From Ptychomitrium polyphyllum (Eukaryota), in the NCBI GenBank assembly GCA_973851085.1, contig OZ316776.1, positions 1,364,001 to 1,428,000 on the forward strand: a stretch of 64,000 nt of DNA, given 5' to 3'. Both the position numbers and the translations under genes were made by a program. The notes below the pieces were generated by a model, which saw only the letters and a program-made list of their open reading frames with translations, was not told the origin of the DNA and ran no database searches. Shown piece after piece: positions 1-11,779 of the stretch (its first letter is position 1; the number at the start of each line of letters is the position of its first letter).

Positions 1-1817
1 TGAAGAAGTGTTTTTGACCTACCAGGTGTTATATCTAGTACTCTAGGATTTTCTTTACCAATCTTCTTCTTTTGCTACTATTGAACATCTTTTGCCCGTA
101 ATTATCAATTATCTTCCAAAAATAATTATTAGATGATAGTAGTAATCTGTTAGTTTAGACAATAGATGTAGATCCATCATTATAAGATCTAAGAAAATTG
201 TATTTAAGCCATCAACCAAGAAAGTTAAGGGTGTATTGTATCTTATTGTTTCCATTAATCAAGTTGTACATTCCAAATATGGATTATGCATCGATTATGT
301 TTTAGTGTATTATAGCTCTTATATTTGATCTTTCATTATAGCAAATTCTAAGGTGTTTCATAGTTTGGTTTGTAAAACTACCATGTTTCTTTATTTTAAT
401 AGTATCAATTACAAACTTATCTAAATTACCCTTTTTTTGATAGTTATTATCAATTATGGAAGTACCAAGTCTTTTACTACTCAGTAATTATTGACCATAA
501 TAAGAAAGCACGACCAACTATTCTTCACAAATATCCAAAATAATACAAAGATTTAATATACTAGCTAGGATCTAGCGATGATCCATCTTAAACATATTAT
601 TATGTACAATTGAAGGTTGGATATTGCGCTTTTTTTTAATGCTTGTCTATAAAAAAATCTTCTCTGTAAACCTAACAACTATTGATTTTTACAATACGTC
701 CTCAATGACTTGGTTTTTGAAGATATCATTAATAGAATTTGCATACCTTGCCAAATGCATTTATTACGTTCATTGAAGGTTCCCATGTTTGGTCATTAAT
801 GCCATGTCTTTACTAATATATAAGGTACTCTATACGTCCATTTTTAATTTATGAATTAAAAATCTCCTGAACTTCATATTCCATTTCATTATTGATTTCT
901 ACCAAAGGAGGTGGAGGAACGGCCCTTCCTAGTATACATGACTTATTGTAGGGTTCCAACAAAAACACATAGAACACTCAATGAATTTACATGGTTGGTA
1001 ATAGTTTGAAGCAATAACTAACTAAATTTGTTTATTTAATGATTTCAAACGGCCCAAGCCTTTGAAAGTCTAGCTTCTTTGACAATCTTTTTGTTTATAT
1101 GTTTTGTTATAAGAACCATACGCTATTTCCAACTTTGAACTTTAAATGGTCCTTCCAATGATGATTCGCATAATTTTTATATTGATTTTGAGCTTGTTGT
1201 AATTAGAAAGCAAGTTTCTGGTAGATTTTAATAAATTGAGTTGCAAAATCTACCTATGCAGGACTTTCAACATGCTTCATTTAAATAGTCAACATGCTTC
1301 ATTTATCATGGACTATCACATTTGCGGCCACCAATAGTCTCTAGCAATCAATTCCATTGTCTTATTGAATCCAAAGTACGTTGTTGCTAAAAATTCATAG
1401 TGTGCTTGAAAAATCTTCAATCACTAGAATCTTGTAAATAAATATAATTTTTTTTATGATAATGTAAGCCTATTTGGAATTTAAAATTTTCATTATTATT
1501 TAAAGGATCTCAATTGTCTTTGAAGTGCCTCTTCATATTTGAAACAAATACATCATTATTTAAAACCCTCCAAATTTTGTATAGATGGGATGTTGTGGTG
1601 ATGGTCACTACTTTCAATTAAAGATTCTATGGCTTCATCAAAATAGTATTTTGTTGATTCAAAACTTCATCTCCAAATTTAAGAGCCAAATAAGATTTTT
1701 AAATAAGGCATCTGGTTTATTTTGTAAACTATTATAATAATAGATAATGACAAAGTCAAATTTGGAAAGTGACATATTCTACTTTACTTGCCGGCAATTT
1801 AGAACAAGCTCACTTAC

Positions 1818-2195
1818 TGTCACAGACATACATATTAGAAGCATCTAAAAATGTTCTTAGAAGATTTAAAAAGCTTCCAAGGAAGTTACCTTGGGCTTAG
1901 GGAACTTCTAAAGAAGTTGCTTCGGTTAAAGAAACTTCCAAGGAAGCAACTCAAGGTTGCTTGAGTTTGAAGCAATGTAGGTGAAGCTTCCAAGGCTTGT
2001 AATTCTAGTATATACAGGAGTCAAGGCTGAAGGGATCTTTAATCTCAACAATGCATCTTTTAAGGTCTAGTTCAAACCTTCTGGCCTTGTCTTTTGTACT
2101 TTGTTGTAGTCCTATACTTCTAATATACTTGAACTTATCTTGTTCCACATCCTGGTATCCTAAAGCCTTGTCTTATGGTTATTCTATCCGTAACA
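1818..2195 (+). mobile_element. Solo LTR (378 bp) nested in the RNase H region of the chromovirus
   Basis: Termini TGTCACAGA...TCCGTAACA (TG..CA, imperfect inverted ends). Flanked by CTTAC (1813-1817) and CTTAT (2196-2200), a 5-bp TSD with 1 mismatch. Removing it rejoins host RNase H text (DHKNFKYF...LNCRQVK*NMSLSKFDFVIIY). Strand is tentative. Confidence 0.85.
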
Positions 2196-5100
2196 CTTAT
2201 AAAGTATTTGAAATTCTTATGATCTATGTGTATTGTGATGGTATGTTGAGTTCTTTCAAATAAATGTCGCCATTCCTCAAAAGCATCCACAATCAGAAGT
2301 AATTCTTTATCATTTATATTATAATTAATTTCTATTGCTGAGCACAACTTTGAACATAAGGCAATAGAATGGAGCCTTCCGTCTTTGTCACATTATGAGA
2401 ATATTGAATCAAGCACAAGACTAGGGCATCTACTTTCAAATAGAAAGGTTTTGATGGATTTAGATGAATAAAAATTGGAGTCAATGTGAATGACTTCACA
2501 AGACCTTGAAATGTTTCCTCTGCTTCTTCATTCCAAATAAATTTTTCTTCATTATAAATTGTGTCAATAGAGCAACAATCTTGGAGTAATCTTTGATGAA
2601 TATTTTGTAGAAGTTTGCAAATTCCAAGAAAAATTGAACACCTCAAATTGATCTTGGCGTAATGCACTCCATGACATTATTTATTTTCTTCTCATCTATT
2701 TGGATTTTTCCTTTGGATATAATATTGCCTAAAATTTAACTAAGAATTCATGGAAAAAGCACTTTTTAAATTTGGCATATCATCTTCTTAGAAAAATCAT
2801 ACTATGTTCTTAAAAAAAGCACATAATCTTCTTAGAAAAGCTGACGTAGTTTTTCTAAAACCAGGTACACATGACATTGGTGATTTTGTTCATCCTTTGA
2901 ATATATCAAAACATCATTCAAATAGATGACTACAAAATTGTCCAAATGCTCATGGAAGATATCATTTGTCATGTGTTGAAAGATTATAAGGACATTAGAT
3001 AAGCCAAAATGTATAACATCGTATTCAAAATGGCCATACTTAGATCAAAAGGTTGTCTTCCATTTATCTCTTTCTTTAATAAGTACGAGGTTATAGACTC
3101 CTCTAAAGTCAATCTTGGTGAATATTTTGCTTGGCCAAGTGTAGGAGTCCTTAGATTAATGGTAATGAATAGGAATTTTTTTTTAGTCACCTTATTAAGG
3201 TCTTAATAATCCATATACATACGTAATGATCCATCATTCTTCTTTAAAAATAGAATGGATACTCTAGCAAGTGATTTGAAATGTTGGATTAAGTCATTTT
3301 TGAGGTTTTTATCATTATATTCTATCAAGGCAGCTTACTTAGTTTGTGACAAGTTATAGATAGATCTAAAAGGTGATTAGACTCCTTCTTGCAACTTAAT
3401 GGCACAATTGTAATGTTGGTGTTTTAGTAGTATGTTTGCATTTTTCTTTTCAAAAATATCCTTATAATCTTGGTATTGATGGGATATGCCTTGATCGGTT
3501 TTTTGTATAGAGTTATACATTGGCATGGCAAAAATGGCAAATATTAGTACATTCTTTATCACTTTCATAAATACCTTAGTTCTAATTAATAATAGGCAAA
3601 GATTTCTTGTATCTTAACGTCTTTTAATTTGTGACCACATTTCTTGAACGCCAATTAATGTTTGAATTATGTAATTCAAATTAAAGAAGGTTTAAGTTAG
3701 TAGGATTTGTTTGGAATCAAATGATGTTGAAAACAATCTTAGATGCTTGATCTCCTAAAACAACCTCCAAAGACTAAATTTCTTTAATAATATTACCAAA
3801 TGTAAGAGGTTTTTTCTTAATAACTTCAATAGATGCAGGATTTTTTGTTCAGTAGCATTGTATGCTCTTTGGTTGCAAAATCCTTGTCTATGAAACATAT
3901 TGTTGCATCCATATTCAAAAGACCTTCACTAAATATTTCATCTTGTGACAATTTAATTTTGATAGGAAATGTAAAATAAGAAGTTTGGAATTGATATAAT
4001 AAGAGACCTTGATTTGATGCTTGTTTCTTTCTGGTATCTAGTTGCATGGTTCATACTATGACTAGACATTCCCATTTTTCAACTCCACCATTGTGCTCCA
4101 AGCTTTAAAGGCAGATTCTTTGATTTGGCAATTACCTACTTTATGTTTAGACTTGCCACAATATAGATATGGATTTTTTCATTGACGTCTTTCCATCTTC
4201 CTTAGAATCAAACGTCTAAATTGAGTAGCATCAATTTGCATGAGTTCTAATTATTATTGTTGACTTTTTAATACCTTTAAAGAAACAGTTTCCATACCTT
4301 AATGTACTAATTTTTATTCTAAACATTGTTTTTGGCACCTCTCAAATGGTCTATTGTCACATGCTATTGCTTAAATGATGAATTTGTCCAACATATCAAC
4401 CCTTGACATTATGAGCAGCAAACCTTCACATTTTCTTTCAAGCTCCATTGGAATTAAGTAATTAAGGCCTTATCATTTCAATCAAGGTCGCAAGCTAGTT
4501 GTAAAAAATCTGCAAAATATATAGCAGCCAAGCAGCCAAGCAATGTCTTTGTTGTAGAACTCGGATTCTTGTTTCAGCCATTCTCTCTTGGTCGGTATTT
4601 CCAATTGTAAATGTCAATGTTTTTATGAAAACATCTAAGTTGTTCAACAATGGTGACTTCTTCTTCATTAATAGTGTAAACCACATTTGTGCATAGTTTA
4701 ATACAAAAGTGGATATAAACACTACTTGAGTAATGTTGTTAAGATAGTAAGATGATTGCAAATTGAGAAAAAACCTTATTTATTGAACAAAGCCTCTCAA
4801 CTTTGATCTTGATCCATCAAGCTTATTAAGCATACTAATCTATGGCTTTGCATAGTTTTGATGTAAGACTTTTCTTTTAATATTGGCCTCTCCTTATCAA
4901 ACAATTTTTTGATATAGATTCTAAAATTTACTATTGGATTCTTCAACATAACAAATGTGCTGCTTTAAATCATTGGTGGTATTCAAGCAAACAAGCTTTG
5001 TTTGAATTTTGTTTAAATTTTTTTGAAAGTCTTCAATAGTTGCAAACTTATTTTCTAATGTTATTGGTAAGTTATTTATACTGAAATTAATAAATCTTAT

Positions 5101-5446
5101 GAATGAAGAAGAAAAAAAAAAAAAAAAAACCTAGAACTGATTATAAGGAGGATAATGTGCAATTTTTAAGAATCTTTTAAATTTTTAAGAAAAACTACAT
5201 ACTTTAAACTGTCAAAGACAAGAAGATCATCAATATCTTTAAAAGAGAATAATCCGCCTCTTTTGAAAGATTAATTCTTCTTATAAAAAAATAGTACTTG
5301 CTTTTAAAAGAATAAATCGACTTATAGTGTTAGCTTAGAGGATGGTAATGCACAACTTCTAAGACGCTTTAGGATCCTATAGAAGATGAAAAATCCACTA
5401 TCTTTTTAAAAGAACCCTTAGTTCTGACAAACATGAAGAATATTCT

Positions 5447-5832
5447 TGTCAAACTATTAATGACACAAGCAATAAGCAGCATACACAAATTGGTTCCCAA
5501 AAATTAGCTTCTAAAGAATTAATGATTAATAAGAATTGATACAAAGATTAGAACAAGGGTACAATATGATATAATCCAAAATTTGTGTTGGCAAGACTAA
5601 GGTGTACCTTGCTTCGCCTCTTATTTGTACAATGGCACTTGTATTTCCTAGAATACATGTAAAGAAGCTTATTCTAAAGCTTAAATATGTTTTAGAAGTT
5701 TATGGGACGTTTTTAAGAAATTTCTCAAAGATTGGAATGGCTATGGAAGCATTGGAAGTATCTTAAGGAAATACTACAATATATTATGAAGTTCCAAAAG
5801 ATTCTAAAGACTATGTTGCATGATTTGTGACA
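5447..5832 (-). mobile_element. LTR (386 bp), probable 5' LTR of the chromovirus
   Basis: Reads TGTCACAAATCA...GTTTGACA on the minus strand and lies upstream of gag. Its first ~12 nt resemble TGTAAAAATCA, found right after the chromodomain and a PPT-like GAGGACGTAT at 683-703. No TSD seen. Confidence 0.6.
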
Positions 5833-8800
5833 GTGATACCCTCCACCAAATAAAAAAAAGTTAAATGGAATGTAGTCCAAAATTTAAGTATAAATTTAAA
5901 TAAAACGTTCCTAACTTACATAAGAAAGAATATGAAAATGTTAACAATTCAAACACCAAAATTATAAAGATCAAAAATCTAAATCTCAATCTAAATTATA
6001 ATGTTTTTCAGTCGTCCATGATTTTTTTGATATGCTATTTTCAAATTACAAGTAATTAAGCCTAAGTTTTATAATTTATAATCCTTTTGAGGTTGTAACA
6101 AACAGGTCTCTTTTAAGTCTTAAAAATACAATCTATACATGTCACTTGAAATTCTAAACGAATTTTTCATCTTCAAACTGTTTGAGCCAAAGCCATATTT
6201 TATTTGATGTAAATTCGATTAAGATACTAATGCTCTCTACCAATGAAAACTATGCATGCTTTTGGTCTCCAATTTTTTTAATTTATTGTTAAACAACCTT
6301 TAAATTTTTATAATACTACCAATTTATTTTGTTCGGCAAGAATAAAAACTTCTTTTACAGAGTCCAGATTGATCAAGCATTTTTTTTCCATTACTTTGTA
6401 TATATGTCTACCATGTATATATATATAATAGAAATATAAGAGTATTAATTTTTAAGTAAATATAGATAATAAATTTTACACCAAAAATTTAAAACCAAAT
6501 TGAACCTTGGAATAGTTGCATAATACAATGTTCTTTTTTATTCTCAAATTTCCACTTCTTATTTTAGAAAATTTTATATTTTATTAAAAATTTTCATTAT
6601 TGAAAGATACTGGAAAACATGGTCATTATTTTTCATTAAAAAACTCTATGGGGCTAAGATTGAACTATCATCAACCTAATATCAATTGGAAGTTTTATTT
6701 TAGTTTTTATTTTTTACTTTAATAGTTCCTTTTAATACACAAAGTTAGGAAATTCAATGAAAGTTTGATGATAAATGTTGTGTATGAACCTTAAGGACAT
6801 ATGTGATGTTTAAGTGGGTTCAAGATTCCTCCACAATATTTAACATTATTGCATACAGCAAGGCCACATTTAGTGGCAAGGGGGCCTTTCCTTTTACCTC
6901 CTCGTTTGTAGTTGTAGGTTATGACCTATGAAGTTTGCGAAAATCTGTGTTTCGTATAGCGTGTGATGTGTTGAATACTTTAAACAGTAAGTGCTTGCAA
7001 ATCTCTGCCACCAGATGGATGTACTGCCTGGAAAATGTCAGGTGAAGCAAGTGGAAACCAGAGTTTCAGCAGTGAGTGAAATAGCTGCTGCATCCTGCCA
7101 TAGGAAGTGTAAAGGGGCTCCGTGAAACCAGCACTCTTTACACATATGCCACCTGTGGCTTCTATAAGCCATACAAGAGTTCCACACACCAAAACGTGCA
7201 AACCAATCTCAACAGCCAGCAACTACAGCAACACTTCCTTACTTCCCTAAGAATGTTCCAAGATGCCCAAATTTCTTGTACTCGTCCAAAGACCAACCAG
7301 TAAAACGAACAAAACCAAGTGGCAGGAACCCCACTTGGAAAACCGATTCCGTGCAAATCCAAATCCAACTGCTATCGTCACAACACATGTTACCTTGCCC
7401 GCATCACACAGGAGGACTCCATGTCTTGAAAGTCTTGACCCGTCTCCAGTTTACTCAACCAACAGCATACAGCACCCCAAAGAGAGCTCAACGACCAGCA
7501 GTTCAACGCCAGCAAGGCAATCCCACTCAGGCGGTTAGGGTCCAGATCAGCCAACGGATTCACATCACCAACCGTCATATCCCACCGCGCCACCTCAGTG
7601 AACCCCTCAGTTCAAAGGTGCACATCCAAAGCCGTCAATCCAGCGATAACCACTATCATCTACCATTTACAGACGTTGAACCACAAAAATCTACGTCGAT
7701 AGTAGACAACGTTGATTTCGAATTCAACGAGGGGTTCTGGTTTTGACCTCCCTCACCAATCACAGATACATCAGTTTGTCCGTGAGTTACTACTGTAGTC
7801 AGTTACTGCTGCGCTCCTGAGGGACGCAGATTAAAAACCGATATCATCTCCAGGTGACATATAACTTACTTGATGAAATCTAGAAAAAACGTAGATAGCG
7901 TCAGTTTCAAATACAGAAACTGTAAAACACAAGTTCAACATTCTCTACGACCTTTGTAGACTTGAGACAGTGAAGTGACGATTTTGGGTATACATTCCTC
8001 AGCAACTGAACGATTGTAGCACCTCACAGACAGACTGATGCACGCAGAAACTGGTATGGGAGGCACTACCCAATCCCGTAACTTCATCCGAAACTGACAA
8101 TATCTACCTGAGATATAGAATTTAGAGGCTCAAGTGTCTCCTAACGGCAGACGCTGCCGGTTTTGGGTACAGTGACGGTTTTCGCCATGCATCTCTTACT
8201 AGTGTGTCAGTTGTGTCAGTAAAGAACAGTGCGCACCGCTTTGCTTCGTCGTCGTCGCCGATTTTCATCGTTGCGTTCCTGGTCGTCTGCTTTGACTGCG
8301 ACTCTATCGCCATGATCGCATTGCTCGCCGCGCTTAGCGCTCCCACCGGATCACGGTGCAACCTTCCTGCGATCTTCGCTGTCGTCACCGTGCTGCAGAG
8401 CCGAAATGGTGCCGACCTTGGACCCAGCTTCAGTTCCTCGGCACCCGGTCCCACGCCTTTTTCGTCAACTGAACCAGGCTTCTGCTGGCTGTGGACTAGA
8501 CTACAGTAGACCATCGCAAGACCAGACCATCTCGTACTAGAAGAACATGATCATCAGCACCTTCGTGCTTTCTGCTCAGCAGTAGCCCTGCCCCTCTTCT
8601 TGTGGGACTAGACCCACAATTACAAAACCCCCCCCGGTGCCTTGAACTGCTTCATTCCAGGGAGAGGAAACTGGGGAGTGAGAGTTGATTCGTGAAGTTG
8701 GTGGTGAGAGTACAGTGGAGACTGTGGATGTTGACGATTGCTTGTTTGGCACGAGGCCGTAGTAGCTCCCTTCATTTGACTGGGAGAACGAGCTTGGGAA

Positions 8801-9238
8801 TCACTTGACACGCGAGGCTGGCACTGCTCTCGCTTGCGACTTTCTGAGCTCTTTGCAAGGGGAAGCATTAAGTCGGTGCAAGCGTGAGCTGAGGATACTA
8901 CTCTACTCTGTTGTGAACTTTCGGTTTTGTTTCCTTTTTCTTAGACTTCTTGCCTCCCTCTTTCCTTCCTTGCTGCCTCGCAGTGGCATGAGCGTGAGGG
9001 TGCGTGACGGACCAAACGACGGCGCTCAGGATTCCACTTCACTCGTCCATTTGAAGAAACTTGCGGCGCCCCTGGTAGAGAACACTTTCAAAAGACTGCA
9101 ACAGGTTATGTGGTATTGGAAGTGGCCGGAGCTCCACACTTCGTTTCTTTCGTGAAACCGCAGCATAGGTGTCATCACTCAGTCGGTCAGTGACCACAGA
9201 AATACTGATTTTGCAACTCTAGTGTATCGTATCGCACG

Positions 9239-9889
9239 ATGGGAAACTACATGTGCGTCAGTGGCAAGAATCAACAAGTGCAAGATGAGTGGCAAGGGCC
9301 TCCAACGAAGGTCATTCGACCTGATGGAACTATTGAGGTTTTTAGGAGGACGGTGACAGCAGGGGAGCTGACAAAACAGCACCCAGACCACTCGGTCTGT
9401 CACTCTAGCGCCATGATTTCCATTCTCACTACCTCCTCGGCTTTGCCTGCGGACAGGGAGCTTGAGGGTGGACGTTTGTACTATGTCCTTCCTGCTCATA
9501 AGTTTCTCGAGCCAGCCAAATCGTTGTCAAAAGCGGAGGGAAAACCTGTCCCGAGGGGCCGTGGGAAGCTTACAGTTGAGATCAAGACTACACCCGGATT
9601 TGCACAAGTGACAGTTAAAGGACAAGCTGGCCCACAGCTCTTTTGTGACAAGCATGGCGGCGCTGTGAAGGACATGGACGATTCTTCCGAGGAGCCGATC
9701 ATCAGCTACTCTACACCTGATCTCCGAAGCATGTATTTGTCTGCACGGTCTCAACCGAGTCTCACAAGGTCGAATTCGTGGAAACCAAGGCTGGAGACTA
9801 TCAATGAGGTTGGCGCTGCTTCGCGGCGACATATCCAGAACTTCATGAGAGCTCGAAGTCTGCGCAAAAGCCAAGTGCACAATTACTGA
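9239..9889 (+). CDS. PADRE (DUF4228) domain protein, 216 aa, single exon
   Basis: N-terminal MGNYMC, then KVIRPDGTIEVFRRTVTAGELTKQHPDHSVCHS and LPADRELEGGRLYYVLP, with C-terminal SWKPRLETINE. These are the characteristic motifs of plant DUF4228/PADRE proteins. Confidence 0.9.
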   Translation: MGNYMCVSGKNQQVQDEWQGPPTKVIRPDGTIEVFRRTVTAGELTKQHPDHSVCHSSAMISILTTSSALPADRELEGGRLYYVLPAHKFLEPAKSLSKAEGKPVPRGRGKLTVEIKTTPGFAQVTVKGQAGPQLFCDKHGGAVKDMDDSSEEPIISYSTPDLRSMYLSARSQPSLTRSNSWKPRLETINEVGAASRRHIQNFMRARSLRKSQVHNY

Positions 9890-10989
9890 GGAGCTGATTT
9901 CAGGTCGTTCACCTGGCTTTCCTTCGATCTCCTCACCTGGGTTTGTCTTCAGATTCGACTGTGGTTTTTTCCCATGTACATTCAACCATAGCCTCTTCGA
10001 AGGACAACAGGGAGTGGGCTCTTGACGTCGACCAATTACCATGGATCCCAACTCATGACCTAACCCTTATCGTACTTACTCTTATAAAAATCATTGGAGC
10101 GATGGTTTAGGGTTAGCCTTCCTCCCAGCTACACAAGGAATTAGAATTTAGCTGCCCCTTGATGGGGGCATATACGCATACGGCAGGGGGGTTAGGTCAG
10201 TGTTTGGGATTTCCGGTAGTGCTCTACGCGAGAAGCTGAGACACTCTTCGACGACCGCAGTATCTCCGACCCGGCGAGTTGACATAGCCACATTGCGTGG
10301 TGTAGTAGCACATGTTGTTCAGGAGTGTTTTTCCTGCGACTCATGTCAGCTTTGTTTCCGGATGTAACCAGCTTGGTCATCCCCTGATTGCAGATGACGG
10401 TCTGGTTGCACTCGGAGACATGAGATTAGAAACAATTTTGTAGGAGGTTGCACTTTGTACAACGAGGTATATATGAAAGCAACGTTGTGATAATCGGTTT
10501 GAATCCATCATTTGCGTTACCAAACTATCATTCTCTCTGCGTCCTTCACACTATTTCCCATTCATATGATTCACTTTCATCGTACACCTTAAACAACTGT
10601 TTCTTTGGGTTAACCCTTGGTGTAATGTTGTGATATCACTTAAGCATCAGTCATGAGAAGAGCCTTGTTTCAGGATTGTCTATCAAGGTGGAGATACACA
10701 TGATCTTTGCCTTGCTCATGTATTCAGCAGATTGCTTGTGCATAATATGTTCTCCGAATTCTCTAATCCTGAGTGAGTTGTAGAGTCTGGGAAACAGTTG
10801 GTATATCACCACGGTAATCTTATTTATGGCTAATCATGAGTGTATTGATTACCCGTTGAACTGGGCTGTGAAGATTCAAGAGTGAGTTTGTGCACTCAAT
10901 AGCGTGTTTATGTACATGATAGTTTACCATAAATTTGTCAGATGAAATGGCAGTATGACAGTGCATGGTTGATTGAACATCACTTTTAG

Positions 10990-11028
10990 TGTTGTAATCA
11001 GATGCACGTTGTTGTAATCAGATGCACG
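10990..11028. repeat. 20-bp tandem duplication (TGTTGTAATCAGATGCACG x2)
   Basis: Direct reading of the sequence. Confidence 0.9.
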
Positions 11029-11779
11029 CTCAGCCCCTGCAGACACAGAAATCTTTCCAGAGAAATTCTGGCATCCACCAGGAAAATAATGTATTCATAC
11101 CTGACACACATGGAGTGAATCCGGACAACCTAGACGCTGATTAAGGTAAGAAGGCCCAAGGGAACTACTCACCGATGAACGCCAAAATGTACCTGCGCCA
11201 TTCATTTCAGACACAAAATGTTTGCCCCGCTACATGGCTTAACTGCATATTGATTCACAATCAATCCATGTCTGGGGCTAACATTTTGTGCCTAAAATGT
11301 TGCAGTATGACCACTATGGCTTCCATGAGGTAGATGGCAACCATGGGCTTGCACATCTTAAATTAGAGTTAATTTTTTGTAGATGTGTGCATTCATCATT
11401 TTCACCCTTTTGTGAATGAAATACATTGTTAAATTTGGTTTTCTTACAAGGAAGACGATGCATTCACCTTTTTGTAATCTCTTATGATTTATGTATTTAT
11501 TTTTCATTTTCAAGGTGTTTTTTTTAAGAAATTTACACTTCTCTGTTTGTAGAAAATTCAAGTAGTCCTCAAAACATCAAAAAAAATTAGAAAAAATTCA
11601 AAACATGTTGTAGAATAGATAAACATTTCTTTGAATATTTGTCTTTTAGAGTTAATACTTTAGCAAGTGCTCTTGAAGGCTACATCAATTAAGTCCATGG
11701 ACGGCTGTGACGTGAAAGGATTAAAAGATTTATTAAAAAAAGAAATCTCACAAATTAGACATGGTGTAAACTACATACA

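Larger units (their letters stand above)
683..5832 (-). mobile_element. Decayed Ty3/gypsy chromovirus LTR retrotransposon (gag-PR-RT-RNaseH-IN-chromodomain), non-functional
   Basis: Minus-strand remnants occur in gypsy order. Gag-like segment at 4495-4761 (..AQMWFTLLMKKKSPLLNNLDVF..ERMAETRIRVLQQ), decayed CCHC knuckle ~4120-4175 (YLYCGKSKHKVGNC), protease-like LLNMDATICFID ~3890-3925. RT: LGQAKY.. and FVVIYLNDVLIYSK (YLDD decayed, ~2900-2940). RNase H: NYNINDKELLLIVDAFEEWRHL..DHKNFKYF. IN N-terminus: FGFNKTMELIARDYWWPQM (~1320-1380). GPY/F region: KKLDFQRLGPFEI (~1040-1080). Chromodomain: PPPPLVEINNEMEYEVQEI..YLIY..TWEP (~775-920). Many stops and frameshifts throughout. Confidence 0.9.

Noticed and set aside
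1..680. Possible 3' LTR or a further retroelement fragment
   Set aside because: It does not align by eye with the LTR at 5447-5832 beyond ~11 bp, and there is no clear protein motif.
6980..7746. Overlapping short ORFs on both strands
   Set aside because: There is no recognisable product or consistent exon structure.
10056..10199. 11-bp inverted repeat TGACCTAACCC/GGGTTAGGTCA downstream of the PADRE gene
   Set aside because: It is too short, has no TSD and the interior does not pair convincingly.
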